The notes under the pieces: generated by a model
What the model saw: the letters and a program-made list of their open reading frames with translations, nothing else
The model's database searches: none
What the model was told of the DNA's origin: nothing
In this document: positions 8,796 to 18,476 of the stretch, in pieces
Layout of the letters: the number at the start of each line of letters is the position of its first letter
Numbering within the stretch: position 1 is the first letter of the stretch
Position numbers and translations under genes: made by a program
IMG/VR virus record: IMGVR_UViG_2974716960_000001
Span: 13,087-77,086 of that record
Reading direction: 5' to 3' (one strand)
From: a virus
Lineage: Duplodnaviria > Caudoviricetes
DNA: 64,000 nt

Positions 8796-11096
8796 ATGGC
8801 TATCGCGTTCAACGCGGCCACTGTTGGGGGCATCACCGCTTCTGGGCGGACCGCTTCTGTTACGCATACGGCTAACGGCTCTAACCGGGCTGTAATCGTT
8901 ATGGTCGTCGGTGGGTGCGGGCCGAGCAATGAACAGCCTTGGGGCAATGGCGATTCCGAGGGCTTGACCTGCACCTACGGCGGCTCGGCTATGACCCTGT
9001 TGGGTCATATCGGCACTAACGCAGGCACTTTCGGTGGCGTGGCGTTCTTCGGGATGCTTAACCCGCCTACTGGTGTGCAGACTGTCGCGTTCTCTAAGAC
9101 GAACAACACGTGGTCGCTGCGAGCGGCGGCTATGTCGTATACCGGGGTGGCGAGCTTCGGGGCTGCTAGTGCGACTTACGGGACTGGCTCGGGGGCCGGG
9201 CTTGGAATGACGGTCTCGGCAGCGGTGGGCGAGGTTGTCGCCCAGGCTTTCGTGACTCTATTGGGCACGGTTACCAGTTGGTCGGCTACCGGCGGTGGCA
9301 CGCAGCGGCAGATTGTTAACGCCACTGATTCTGGCGGCGGCGCTTACGGAGTTTTCGGCGATGCACCGGGCGCGGCGTTGGTTGCGTTCAGTGGTACGCG
9401 CACGACTTCGGGTGACCAGTATGCGGCGGCTGCGGTTCGCCTGTTGCCTGCGGCGGGCGGCGAACCGGAGAACCCTGGTGAGCTGACGACGATTTCGGCG
9501 ACGGGCGCGTATACGTACAACATTCCGTCGTGGGCCACACATGTTGACATTGTTGCGATTGGCGGCGGTGGCGGCGGCGCTGGTGGCGCTAACGTCGGTA
9601 ACGGCGATGGGCAGGGCGGTAACGCTGGCACCTGGCAGTCGGTAACCGTCAAACGTGGGGTGGATATCCCATCGGGTGTCACGCAGATTACGGGCGTTGT
9701 CGGGACGGGCGGCGCGGGTGGCGATACCACGCTTTCGAGCGGCAACGCTCCCGGCAGTGCGGGCAATCAATCAACTGCGTTAGCGTCTGGGCTTAGCCTT
9801 TCGGCTGCCGGTGGAGCTGGCGGCTCTGGGATTAACACTACTGGGGGCAGCCTTACTTACGGTAAGTCGCCGGGGAATCTGATCTTTAACGGCCAGACGT
9901 ATACGGGTGGTGCTCAAGCTGGCGCGTCGAATAACCCGAGTGGTAATGGCGTGGCGGGCAATGCTCCCGGCGGCGGTGGTGAAGGCGGCGGTGGCACGCT
10001 GTTTGGCACTGGCTCAGATGGTGGTGCTGGTGGCGCTGGGCGTGTGTTCTTCTACGCGTATCACGTAGGTACCGACTATGAGGGCCAGGCCGCGCTTGCG
10101 GTGGCGGTGTCCACAGAGGCGTCTGCCACGCTGCTCGCTGTAGCTCAGGCGTTTTTGGCTGTGGATGCGGTTCCTGTGTCGGCGGTGTCGCATGGGCAGG
10201 CCATAGAGGCGTCTCTAAGCGTCTCTGCGGACCCAGACGACGTGGCCCGGTATGACGCGTTCACCAACACCGATCTGTTCCTAGACGTGGCTTTCACGGC
10301 TTCGGGGATGAAAACCCTGAACGGAATTGCGGTGCTGTCGTTGACGGCGGATACGTGGGCCGACGTGACGGAGTTCAGTGTGGCTGACGCGGAGCTGCCG
10401 GTGGTCGCTGATATGTGGGCTGAGCTTTCCCAGTTGCAGGGGATTGGCGGGGTGCTGGCGGTCGGGGTTACGCCTACGGGTGAAATGTCGCAGGGCCAGG
10501 ACGTGGCCGCTGATCTTGAGGCTGTGGTGTCGCCTACGGCAGCGATGCTTTACGAGGGCACGGTGCGGGCGAACCTGGTGGTTAACGCAACGTTCGTCGC
10601 GGTCGGGGAGCGGAATGCTCTTACCGGCGCGGACCTGCCTGTGGTGGTGGTTGGCACGGCTGACGCTTCGTCGGGTCCGGTCGCTGGCTCCGGCTTGGCT
10701 GTGGTGGTGACGACTACGGCGGCGGCGCAGCGCACGCAGTACGTGGATGCCGACTTGTCGCTTAGCGCTGTTACGGACGGCGATTTGTCTGCGAGTTTCG
10801 GTATTGATGCCGTTTTGGAGCTGGTCGCTAACGCGTCGGTTTATTTCGGTTCGATCCGCGAAATTGTGGTGGTGCCTTTCCATGATCGGCACGCGGTTGT
10901 GCCTGAGAATCCGCGCTTAGTGGAGGTTAAGGGCGAGCTGCGCCTAATTAGCGCCGGGGGCGAGAACCGATTTGTTGGTGTGCCTGAGGTTGAGCGCGTG
11001 GTTTCGGTTGGCGATTCGGATAGGTCCGTGGCGGTGGCCCCTGCTGATAGGTGGGTTCAGGTCGCGCCGGTACCTAAGGCGGTGGCGGTGCGCTAA
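8796..11096 (+). CDS. Glycine-rich minor tail/fibre protein
   Basis: IGGGGGGAGG glycine-rich domain; Ala/Val-rich repetitive C-terminus; abuts upstream stop. Confidence 0.75.
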   Translation: MAIAFNAATVGGITASGRTASVTHTANGSNRAVIVMVVGGCGPSNEQPWGNGDSEGLTCTYGGSAMTLLGHIGTNAGTFGGVAFFGMLNPPTGVQTVAFSKTNNTWSLRAAAMSYTGVASFGAASATYGTGSGAGLGMTVSAAVGEVVAQAFVTLLGTVTSWSATGGGTQRQIVNATDSGGGAYGVFGDAPGAALVAFSGTRTTSGDQYAAAAVRLLPAAGGEPENPGELTTISATGAYTYNIPSWATHVDIVAIGGGGGGAGGANVGNGDGQGGNAGTWQSVTVKRGVDIPSGVTQITGVVGTGGAGGDTTLSSGNAPGSAGNQSTALASGLSLSAAGGAGGSGINTTGGSLTYGKSPGNLIFNGQTYTGGAQAGASNNPSGNGVAGNAPGGGGEGGGGTLFGTGSDGGAGGAGRVFFYAYHVGTDYEGQAALAVAVSTEASATLLAVAQAFLAVDAVPVSAVSHGQAIEASLSVSADPDDVARYDAFTNTDLFLDVAFTASGMKTLNGIAVLSLTADTWADVTEFSVADAELPVVADMWAELSQLQGIGGVLAVGVTPTGEMSQGQDVAADLEAVVSPTAAMLYEGTVRANLVVNATFVAVGERNALTGADLPVVVVGTADASSGPVAGSGLAVVVTTTAAAQRTQYVDADLSLSAVTDGDLSASFGIDAVLELVANASVYFGSIREIVVVPFHDRHAVVPENPRLVEVKGELRLISAGGENRFVGVPEVERVVSVGDSDRSVAVAPADRWVQVAPVPKAVAVR

Positions 11097-11127
11097 GGCC
11101 GCTTAATAACTAAATAGAGGGGGTCCA

Positions 11128-11277
11128 ATGATTATGGATCACGCGGGGGAGCCGGAGGTTCGCTGCGTTGCTTGCGGCGACCGCAGTGTTGACCATCCCA
11201 CTTTCAAGCATCGGTTTTGGAACTGGCTGGCGGCTTCCGAGGCTTTCGTGCGGTTTCACCTGGGGCGGGTGCTCTAG
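11128..11277 (+). CDS. 49-aa hypothetical protein (not in ORF track)
   Basis: GAGGGG RBS, ATG, CxxC; its TAG abuts the GTG of the next gene. Confidence 0.5.
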   Translation: MIMDHAGEPEVRCVACGDRSVDHPTFKHRFWNWLAASEAFVRFHLGRVL

Positions 11278-12219
11278 GTGAAGCACGAAGCTGTTTTGAG
11301 CACGATCCCCATGTCGCGGGGGTCGGGATTTAAGTACGAGTTGCGCGGTAAGCCGGGCGATTACTGGCCGGAGTCGGGCACCGCTTACGTGGTGTTTTAC
11401 GAGTCGACGGGCGCGGTGATTGCGACCCTTGAGGGGTTGGTTAAGCCGGAGCTGTTGCTGTTTGAGGCTGAGCCAACGGAGATTGAGTTCATTCCGCATG
11501 GCGCGGGGTTTGAGCTGTTCGTGACGCCGGATGAGACCGGTGTGCCGGTGATGGTTCGTTATGGGACGGTCACGCGGCGGGAGGTCCGGTTTCCGGATGC
11601 GCCCGCGACTGATGTTTCGGATACGGCGCTGCTTTACGCGGACGATATGCAGCGGACGATCCTTGGGCCTCGGTGGCGCAAGGTTGGCGGCAAGGCCGCG
11701 ATTTACGACGACTGGATTTCGCTGCATCCTAAGCGCGCTATCGGTCCGGACTTTGTGTTCTTTGACCGGGCGTCGGTGTTGTGGTTTGCGCCGCTGAACT
11801 TGGATTCGGTGACCGTCAACGTCAACATTGTTAACGCGGGTGCCGGTAAGTCGACGGTCGTTTTGGCGTCGGACTACAACATGACTTCATGGCTTGGGGT
11901 TCAGTTTGAGACGGGCATTTCTAATAACAAGTGGCACATCGTGGTCGGGCATTCGCCGCAGGGTGATGACTATGAGATTAAGGCCAGTGTTGACGCGAAC
12001 TCGGACAACGGCAATAACGCGCTAATCAAGTTTAATCACGCTGCGCGGCAGATTACGGCGTTCCGCAATAACGGGACTACGCCTCTTTTGACGTGGACTG
12101 ACGAGACTGAATCGCTGCCTATTGGTGACGGTTTCCGCTATACGGGGTTCTCTTGGATTTCGTCTCTGGCTGCTCGTGGTGCGTGTTTCTATGACTGGTG
12201 GGCTAAGGACGGTATTTAG
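11278..12219 (+). CDS. Minor tail protein
   Basis: Y.DDMQR..LGPRW motif and lectin-like beta C-terminus; last gene before lysin. Confidence 0.7.
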   Translation: MKHEAVLSTIPMSRGSGFKYELRGKPGDYWPESGTAYVVFYESTGAVIATLEGLVKPELLLFEAEPTEIEFIPHGAGFELFVTPDETGVPVMVRYGTVTRREVRFPDAPATDVSDTALLYADDMQRTILGPRWRKVGGKAAIYDDWISLHPKRAIGPDFVFFDRASVLWFAPLNLDSVTVNVNIVNAGAGKSTVVLASDYNMTSWLGVQFETGISNNKWHIVVGHSPQGDDYEIKASVDANSDNGNNALIKFNHAARQITAFRNNGTTPLLTWTDETESLPIGDGFRYTGFSWISSLAARGACFYDWWAKDGI

Positions 12220-12222
12220 CAG

Positions 12223-13176
12223 ATGGCTTTTGTTAGCAGGTATGGAAACTGGTATTCGGAGAACGGTTGGCGTATGTGTGACGCTAACGAGCTTGACCGG
12301 GGGGCGGTGCCGGGCACTTCGCTGGTGTTGCCCATCCGGAAGGGTGTTGCCAACCTGATCCTTAAGGGTTGGGTGGCGTGGTTCCACCGGAATGTTGAGT
12401 CGTTGAATAACGCTCGCGGGTTCTCCGATGAGGGCGCGTGGACGCCGACTAATGACGTTGCGAACTCTAACCACCTGTCAGGTACGGCTGTAGACCTTAA
12501 CTGGTCCGACCACGCCTTTCGGGTGTCGTATTCGGGGTTCACTCAGGCGGAGATTAACAAGGTTCGTGAGGGCCTAAAGCTGTTTGAGGGGACGATCTGG
12601 TGGGGGCAGGACTGGAACTCGCCTAAAGACCCGATGCACTTCCAGCTTAACTACGGCGAGGGTGACGCGCGGAATGCGGCTTTCGCTACCAAGTTGCAGA
12701 ACGGGTATCTCGGTATCTGGTCTGGCGGCGGCGGGGTTGTTGAGCCTCCGGCGGGTGTGGATGACATTTACGCGGAAGAGGGCGACTCGGGCGACCGGGT
12801 TAAGCGTTTGCAGCAGTTCTTTAACGACAACTTTAAGAGCTATTCGCGGCTTGAGGTCGACGGCGATTTCGGACCGGCGACTAAGGCTGTGGTTGTCGAG
12901 TTTCAGAAGCGGGTTGGCGTTTTGGCTGACGGCATTGTCGGGCCGGTCACATTGGGCAAGTTGGTGGATAACGGGTTCAAGCCCGAAGGAAAGGACGTGG
13001 TTGTAGTGGCTACTGATCGGCAGTTGCTTGAGCAGATTAGTGCCGACGTTAAGGAGATTCGGGCGCAGCTAAGCAGCGATGGTCACCCGTCGTGGGCACC
13101 GAACGGTCCGGACGGTAAGCGCATGTCGGTGCGCGATTCCATTGCGGCGTGGGCTAAGAAGCTCGATGCCGCTTAA
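12223..13176 (+). CDS. lysA: Lysin A: M15-type peptidase plus peptidoglycan-binding domain
   Basis: SENGW N-terminus, SNHLSGTAVDLN and DPMHFQ zinc-peptidase motifs; GDSGDRVKRLQ...DGDFGPATKAVVVEFQ...DGIVGP PG-binding domain. Confidence 0.9.
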   Translation: MAFVSRYGNWYSENGWRMCDANELDRGAVPGTSLVLPIRKGVANLILKGWVAWFHRNVESLNNARGFSDEGAWTPTNDVANSNHLSGTAVDLNWSDHAFRVSYSGFTQAEINKVREGLKLFEGTIWWGQDWNSPKDPMHFQLNYGEGDARNAAFATKLQNGYLGIWSGGGGVVEPPAGVDDIYAEEGDSGDRVKRLQQFFNDNFKSYSRLEVDGDFGPATKAVVVEFQKRVGVLADGIVGPVTLGKLVDNGFKPEGKDVVVVATDRQLLEQISADVKEIRAQLSSDGHPSWAPNGPDGKRMSVRDSIAAWAKKLDAA

Positions 13177-14293
13177 GGTCGGCTCGCAGGGCGAGCTAGT
13201 TAACCAGTGGGTCCGGACGATGAACAAGCGTTTCTCCTCCTACTCGCGCGAGAAGGACGGAACTCCGCTTAAGGTCGACGGCTATTTCGGCTATCCGGAC
13301 CGTGACGTTCAGATGGAATACGAGCGGCGGACCGGCCAGGTACGGGACGGCGTTGTTAGTGACGCTGACCTAGTTGCGTTGGGGCTGGCTGAGGCTGAGC
13401 CGCTGCACGCGCTGCTGACGTTCTCGGGGACGTGGGCCGCGCCGGGCACTGGTTACCCGTCGTGGGTGGCGCAGCGCTGCTCTGGCGTGGTCGAGGAAAT
13501 TCCGGTGCAGTCTCCGTGGAGTTTCGGCCCGGTCGGTGGTGACGTTCAGTCTCCGTCGTACAAGGAATCGGTCGCAATCGCTGTGGAATGGGCGGTGGCG
13601 TGGCTGCTGGCGCATCCAAACCGGACGTTCCTACTTGGGGGCTACTCGCAGGGTGCGGAGGCCGCTAGTCGCGTTTACATGGAGTTGCTGCCGGGTGGCC
13701 GTTTGGTGCATCTGCGGAAGAACTTTGTGGGCGGGTTCGGCATTGGCAATCCGTGTCGCCAGAAGGGCCACACGTACTACGGCGGGTCTGATCCCGGCGG
13801 GCAGGGCATTGCCACCGTTCGCCTTAAGGACATGCCGGTCTGTTGGCTTGAGTGCGCGAAGCCGGGCGACCTCTATACGACGTGTCCGGACGATAAGTCG
13901 GGCGAGATTGAGACCAGCGTCTACGAGATTGCGACGAGCATTGGCCTGGGTGACCCCTTGGGCCTGGTGCAGGCGTTCATTAAGAACGCGCTGGCAATCG
14001 TTGACGACCTGGGCGGGCTGCCGGGAATTGTGGGCGGTCTCGGTGCGGGTCTGATCCCTGCTGTGCTGCTGGGTGTCCTCGCGGGCGTCCTGAATAAGCC
14101 GACGACTGACGCCGGGCTGGCTGCCGCTATTAAGGCGGCGATTACCGGCATTAAGTTCATCGCGGCTAATCCGCCGACTGAGCCACATATCACGTACGAG
14201 TTTCCGATTCCAGATCAGCCGTGGTGGTCGTATATCGACCTTGCGGTTCAGCACGTTAAAGATTGGTCGGGCCGCGTCCCGGCTCGCGTTTAG
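13166..14293 (+). CDS. lysB: Lysin B (cutinase-like esterase)
   Basis: GYSQG serine-hydrolase motif, GFGIGNP; N-terminal PG-binding-like segment; ATG at 13166 overlaps lysA stop. Confidence 0.9.
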   Translation: MPLKVGSQGELVNQWVRTMNKRFSSYSREKDGTPLKVDGYFGYPDRDVQMEYERRTGQVRDGVVSDADLVALGLAEAEPLHALLTFSGTWAAPGTGYPSWVAQRCSGVVEEIPVQSPWSFGPVGGDVQSPSYKESVAIAVEWAVAWLLAHPNRTFLLGGYSQGAEAASRVYMELLPGGRLVHLRKNFVGGFGIGNPCRQKGHTYYGGSDPGGQGIATVRLKDMPVCWLECAKPGDLYTTCPDDKSGEIETSVYEIATSIGLGDPLGLVQAFIKNALAIVDDLGGLPGIVGGLGAGLIPAVLLGVLAGVLNKPTTDAGLAAAIKAAITGIKFIAANPPTEPHITYEFPIPDQPWWSYIDLAVQHVKDWSGRVPARV

Positions 14294-14301
14294 GAGAATG
14301 A

Positions 14302-14775
14302 TTGATGTTGATTTATGACGAGCAGGTCGCGTTTCTGAGCGATGAGAATTTTGCAGGCGATGAGGTAACGCTATTGGCGGTGCGTGGGGGAAAGGTCGAT
14401 AAGCATTTCCGGCGCAATTACGCATGGGCTAAGCACGCAGCGGACCGGGGCCAGCTAAAGAAGATCGTTGTGAAGGTCGCGGTCAATAAGGACACGTGGG
14501 TTCACACGGTGGGTGCTGTTACGTCGGCCCTATCGGGTCAGCGGTTGCATCCACTGGCGGCTTTCAATGTGGACGCGGACGTGCGGGATATCGGCGGCGA
14601 CAAGCTAACGCAGGTATTGGGGGCGCTTAAGGAGCTGGCACCTAAGCCAGCGGCCTTCATGGCGTCGAATGCCGACGTTAAGGCTCTTGTACGGGCACAG
14701 AACGCGCAGGCGAAGAATGCGCCCAAGCCGGGGCCTAAGAGTGATGACACTAAGGACGTGAAGGACGGTGAGTAA
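14302..14775 (+). CDS. Degenerate GH25-like (muramidase-like) protein
   Basis: DKHFRRNYAWAKHAADRGQL..IV and LHP.A.F.VD resemble the GH25-type domain of mycobacteriophage lysin A; DxE replaced by DAD. Confidence 0.55.
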   Translation: MMLIYDEQVAFLSDENFAGDEVTLLAVRGGKVDKHFRRNYAWAKHAADRGQLKKIVVKVAVNKDTWVHTVGAVTSALSGQRLHPLAAFNVDADVRDIGGDKLTQVLGALKELAPKPAAFMASNADVKALVRAQNAQAKNAPKPGPKSDDTKDVKDGE

Positions 14776-15029
14776 TGAAGATTCTCGGGCACAAGCCAAG
14801 CGAGATTCGGAAGTCAATTGCGGGGTTCGCGGCTGCCCTGTTGGTACTGCTAGTGGCGTTGCCTGTGGCCGGTCTACCGGTAGGTGTTGCGGCTGTAGTG
14901 GCGACTGTGACGGCCTTCCTGACGGGTGTGAGCGTCTACCTCGCTAAGCCCAATGTGGCTGCGGTAATTGATGGGCTGGACATGATTGACCCGCCTGTCG
15001 AATACCCACCATTTATTGAGAAGTCATAG
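14775..15029 (+). CDS. Holin
   Basis: 84 aa, two hydrophobic segments, in lysis cassette. Confidence 0.75.
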   Translation: MKILGHKPSEIRKSIAGFAAALLVLLVALPVAGLPVGVAAVVATVTAFLTGVSVYLAKPNVAAVIDGLDMIDPPVEYPPFIEKS

Positions 15030-15031
15030 CC

Positions 15032-15454
15032 ATGCCGGAGACGGGCGACTGGATTGGGGTGCTGGTCACTAACTGGCCTGAGCTTGCAGTTATTGCCAGC
15101 TTAGTGTTCGGCGTTTATATGATCGTTCGTTTCCTGGCGGGCACCTTTGAGTCGTTTAGTAGGGCGCTAGGGCCGGTGGGGCGTTTCCTCCGTGCCCAGC
15201 GCGCTATTAACAAAGCTGAATCAGACGACATGCGGAAGCGGATTGCGTACCTGGATGAGCGGGTTACGCGTCTGCTTTACCGCGATCAGTGTTATTTCGC
15301 GTACGTGTTGGCTGACACGGAGTGGCATCGCAGGCATGAGCTTAAGGCGGCGGCACTTGGTTGGGTGTTTGAACCGCATGTGTCATTCCTTGAGTTCCGC
15401 GACCGCTGGATGCGCGAGCGTGGACTAGATAAGGAATTGGACATTTGGAAGTAA
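15032..15454 (+). CDS. Lysis-associated membrane protein
   Basis: N-terminal TM helix then coiled segment; follows holin. Confidence 0.6.
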   Translation: MPETGDWIGVLVTNWPELAVIASLVFGVYMIVRFLAGTFESFSRALGPVGRFLRAQRAINKAESDDMRKRIAYLDERVTRLLYRDQCYFAYVLADTEWHRRHELKAAALGWVFEPHVSFLEFRDRWMRERGLDKELDIWK

Positions 15455-15711
15455 CGGTTTACTCACCGGAGACCGCTTGCACGAGCTGCATGGCAACGAA
15501 GCTCGCGCTTAAGAAGCAGACTATCCCGTTTACGGCGGTAGTCGCTTCTGATGCGCAGATCGAGCAGTTTAGGGCGGATGGTCACACGTCATTCCCAATC
15601 GTGATTGTGGATTGCGGCGATGGCGCTACGTGGACGTGGAGTGGTTACCGCCATGACGACATTAAGCGACTTAAGGAACTACGGCAGGAACGGACGCCAT
15701 TGGCGGCTTAA
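15445..15711 (+). CDS. nrdH: NrdH-like glutaredoxin
   Basis: VTVYS...CTSC redox motif, FPIV, WSGYR.D.I. Confidence 0.85.
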   Translation: MEVTVYSPETACTSCMATKLALKKQTIPFTAVVASDAQIEQFRADGHTSFPIVIVDCGDGATWTWSGYRHDDIKRLKELRQERTPLAA

Positions 15712-15714
15712 ATA

Positions 15715-15774
15715 GACTCGGGCACTCGCGCTCCCCTCTTTCCCCTGGGGTTGAGCGCGGGTGCCCGTCTTTTT
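15715..15774 (+). terminator. Rho-independent terminator ending late operon
   Basis: GGGCACTCGCGCTC / GAGCGCGGGTGCCC stem followed by TTTTT, at the strand switch. Confidence 0.85.
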
Positions 15775-15780
15775 GTGTCT

Positions 15781-16128
15781 CTAGCAGTATCCGCAGTTGC
15801 AGTCGTCGGGCGACCGGCTGGATATCACCATCACTGCGCCTTGCGGCTCGGCTGGCTCCGGCTGGTCGATCTTGGCCGGGGGGAACTTGCCGTATATGCC
15901 GTCCTCGAATCCGGCCAGGGTCCGTTCGTGTTGCCAGTCGGCCCGCTCGATGAGCGCCTGGTCCCGCTTGGCCCTTTCTGCGGCCTGAGCGTCCTGCCGC
16001 GCGACGATCTTCCGCGCGATGAGGTAAGCCAGCCAGACCAGCGTTACGCCTAGCAGAAGCGGCCACACGACTTTGACCACTAGGACTACCACTACGGCGA
16101 TAGTCAGCCAGACGGCGAACTCACTCAT
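15781..16128 (-). CDS. Membrane protein
   Basis: Two N-terminal hydrophobic segments, charged tail. Confidence 0.65.
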   Translation of the reverse strand: MSEFAVWLTIAVVVVLVVKVVWPLLLGVTLVWLAYLIARKIVARQDAQAAERAKRDQALIERADWQHERTLAGFEDGIYGKFPPAKIDQPEPAEPQGAVMVISSRSPDDCNCGYC

Positions 16129-16133
16129 GACAC

Positions 16134-16466
16134 TTAGGCTCCTGTCGCGTATATCGCAGGCTCGTGCTGGGGGCAGTAGAAGGCGACCGCGCCGCTAAGG
16201 ATGCCGACCGCGAGGGCCTTGTCCCCTAGCAGGCCGGTGTCGTCGGCCACTATGTCGCGCCACTGCGCGCCGCCCGTCAGTTGGTCGCACCGCGACTTAG
16301 CGATGGGTACAACCATGTTGCAGTTCACGTTGCGGCCCGTCTGGTCCGTTAGGTAGGTGCAGAACTCGTAGTCGTCCTGCGGCGCGGCGGCGGCTTGCGG
16401 CGCGGCTAGGACGCTGAGTGCGAGGGCTGCAAGCCCCACAAGCGCGCGTGCGTGTCGATTAACCAT
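16134..16466 (-). CDS. Secreted DUF732-like protein
   Basis: Signal peptide; D.EF..YL, C..L..G, AVAFYCPQH pattern. Confidence 0.7.
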   Translation of the reverse strand: MVNRHARALVGLAALALSVLAAPQAAAAPQDDYEFCTYLTDQTGRNVNCNMVVPIAKSRCDQLTGGAQWRDIVADDTGLLGDKALAVGILSGAVAFYCPQHEPAIYATGA

Positions 16467-17152
16467 TGGTCGATCTTGGCCCGGTTAGGTTCGTCTGGCA
16501 AGGAGGTCGTAGCCTCCGCGCGTTGGATCATGTCGCGCCAGTCCCGAATGTCCTCTAGCACTTGCTCCTGGGCGACCTCGCCGTTGCGGATGCTGAGCAG
16601 GTAGTCCCGCCTCAGCTCCATCATTGGCATCTGCATTTCCTGGCTGACCAGCATTTCGTGGCCCTGCATAAGCAGGCGCAGCGCATGGAAGGCGGCCTTA
16701 GTGTCGTAGCCGTGGGCCTCGATTAGCTCGGGCCGGTTGGTGCGCGGCGCGCGTTCGCCGGTCAGCCGGGCAGACATTGAGTCTGCGTATCCCATGTGCC
16801 GGGCTGCTAGGCGCTTGCTAAGGAATAGCTGCCGGTTCTCTTGCAGCCTGATCATGTCAGGGAAGATCAGATTAGGGGTGAACAGCAGGGTCATAACCGT
16901 AGGGTTGCCCTGGCAAACGAGGCTCACATATTTACGCAGACCGTAAAACTGCGTCTCGGAGTCCCCGGCCTCACTCTTGACACCTTCGGGCTTATCGCGC
17001 TGACGTACAGCTCCGACCGGCGGCTTAAGGCCGATTAGCGCCTCTGGTGGATCGGCGTAGATGCCGATGTAGTCATGGTCGGAGTCCTCACGGTTTAGGC
17101 CGTGGGCAAACGATCCAATCTCGCCAATGATCAGTGGCCTAATCTCGGCCAT
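16406..17152 (-). CDS. Pol-beta superfamily nucleotidyltransferase (RlaP/PF10127-like)
   Basis: GSFAHGL...SDHDYIG (GS..DxD) signature; GNP.V..LL and YDTKAAFHALRLL C-terminal motif. Confidence 0.8.
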   Translation of the reverse strand: MAEIRPLIIGEIGSFAHGLNREDSDHDYIGIYADPPEALIGLKPPVGAVRQRDKPEGVKSEAGDSETQFYGLRKYVSLVCQGNPTVMTLLFTPNLIFPDMIRLQENRQLFLSKRLAARHMGYADSMSARLTGERAPRTNRPELIEAHGYDTKAAFHALRLLMQGHEMLVSQEMQMPMMELRRDYLLSIRNGEVAQEQVLEDIRDWRDMIQRAEATTSLPDEPNRAKIDQWLIDTHARLWGLQPSHSAS

Positions 17153-17240
17153 ATTCCCCCCCTTTTAAAGCAAGCTAGCCCCGGTTGGCGCTCCCCCTCC
17201 CAAGAGAGCGTCCAGCCGGGGCCAGCGGTCCGTGTTGCCG

Positions 17241-17705
17241 TTAAGACTGCCCGGCGGCTGAAAACTGCGGGTCGTCTTTCTTCGGTGCCGGTGCAGCTTT
17301 CTTAGCTGGCGCGGCTTTCTTGGCCGGTGCAGCGGCTTCCTTGATTTCGTCGCCGGTAGGTGAGCCCGCGGCTTTCCAGTCCCGCACGATCTGCGCGGAG
17401 ACGCGGCCACGGTCGGACACTTCGTGCCCGTTGAGCTGCGCCCACTTGCGAACGTCTGCGAGCGGCAAGCCCGGCTCCCCGCCGGAAAACGTGTTCTTGC
17501 TGCTAGAACGCTTGCGTCCGGATTCCTTGCCGACCCGCGAGGCGACCGCCAGCCATTTCTCCATGTCCTTGTCGAACTGCTTAGCGTTCTTCTCGGACAG
17601 GTCCAGGTGGTAGTTGACTCCTCCGACGCCGAAGTCACGTTCAACCTCGGCTTCCAGTTCCGGCTCGTAGTCATCGAACAGTGTGACGGTTACCCGCTTA
17701 CCCAT
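17241..17705 (-). CDS. lsr2: Lsr2-like nucleoid-associated protein
   Basis: MGKRVTV...DD, Y.LDLSEKNA, VRKWA..NG.EVSDRGRV AT-hook; PAKKAA tail. Confidence 0.92.
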   Translation of the reverse strand: MGKRVTVTLFDDYEPELEAEVERDFGVGGVNYHLDLSEKNAKQFDKDMEKWLAVASRVGKESGRKRSSSKNTFSGGEPGLPLADVRKWAQLNGHEVSDRGRVSAQIVRDWKAAGSPTGDEIKEAAAPAKKAAPAKKAAPAPKKDDPQFSAAGQS

Positions 17706-17782
17706 TTCGGTACCCCTTCGTTTTCGTTGTTTCGGGTATGTGGTGCGTACACAGTAAGCACCTTAATCATTATCCGTCAACT

Positions 17783-18160
17783 TCACCTGAGCGGATTAGT
17801 CGCTAATTGCACAATGAACAGGACGAACATGGTTAGCACCACAGCCGCGACGATACCCCCGACGATGAGTTGGGTAGGCGTTACGCGCCGATAAACCGGG
17901 ACGTAAGGCTTCTGGCGAGTCAACGCAGCGGACCAGTTGAGTTCTAGGCGGTTGAGGTCGGCGGCGAGCTGGTCGTACTTCCGCTCGTGCTGCATGTATT
18001 CGGCCTGCCGCCAGACGCCGGGGGTGCGCTGCCAGTCGTTCAACGCTTCCCGGTATCGCCGGAGAGCCGCGTCTGCCTCGCGCAGCGCAGGTACGGACCC
18101 GTCACGTCGGATGGCGTCTTGTAGCGCCTGGATGAAAGCGGGGTTTGGGGCGATGCTCAT
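17783..18160 (-). CDS. Hypothetical protein with C-terminal TM helix
   Basis: 125-aa ORF, hydrophobic C-terminus. Confidence 0.55.
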   Translation of the reverse strand: MSIAPNPAFIQALQDAIRRDGSVPALREADAALRRYREALNDWQRTPGVWRQAEYMQHERKYDQLAADLNRLELNWSAALTRQKPYVPVYRRVTPTQLIVGGIVAAVVLTMFVLFIVQLATNPLR

Positions 18161-18476
18161 GCGCGCGTGTCTCCTACCGGACTTAGGTAACCACTAGTTA
18201 CGAGGACTGTTCACTTACTCAACGTGAGTTGCGTTAGGCGAGCGATTAGATGTTTTCGTTTAAAGACCCGATGCCCAAGGTGACGTTTGGCGGGTTGTTG
18301 TCGTTGCTTGGTTGGGGAACGCTACTAGCGAGTGTCCTGTTATAGGACAGCAGGAATTTCACAAATTATGGAAATATTAAAGAGAACCCACAGACTTCTC
18401 ACAGGGGCGAGGGGTTGCCCAGACGTGTCCGCAGGTGTAGGGGTCGCAGCGCTCCGACCAGGGCCGATCCGACTCT

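Noticed and set aside
8796-11096. PE-PGRS-like host gene
   Set aside because: No PE domain; the Gly-rich block is the usual phage minor-tail glycine-rich domain within the tail operon
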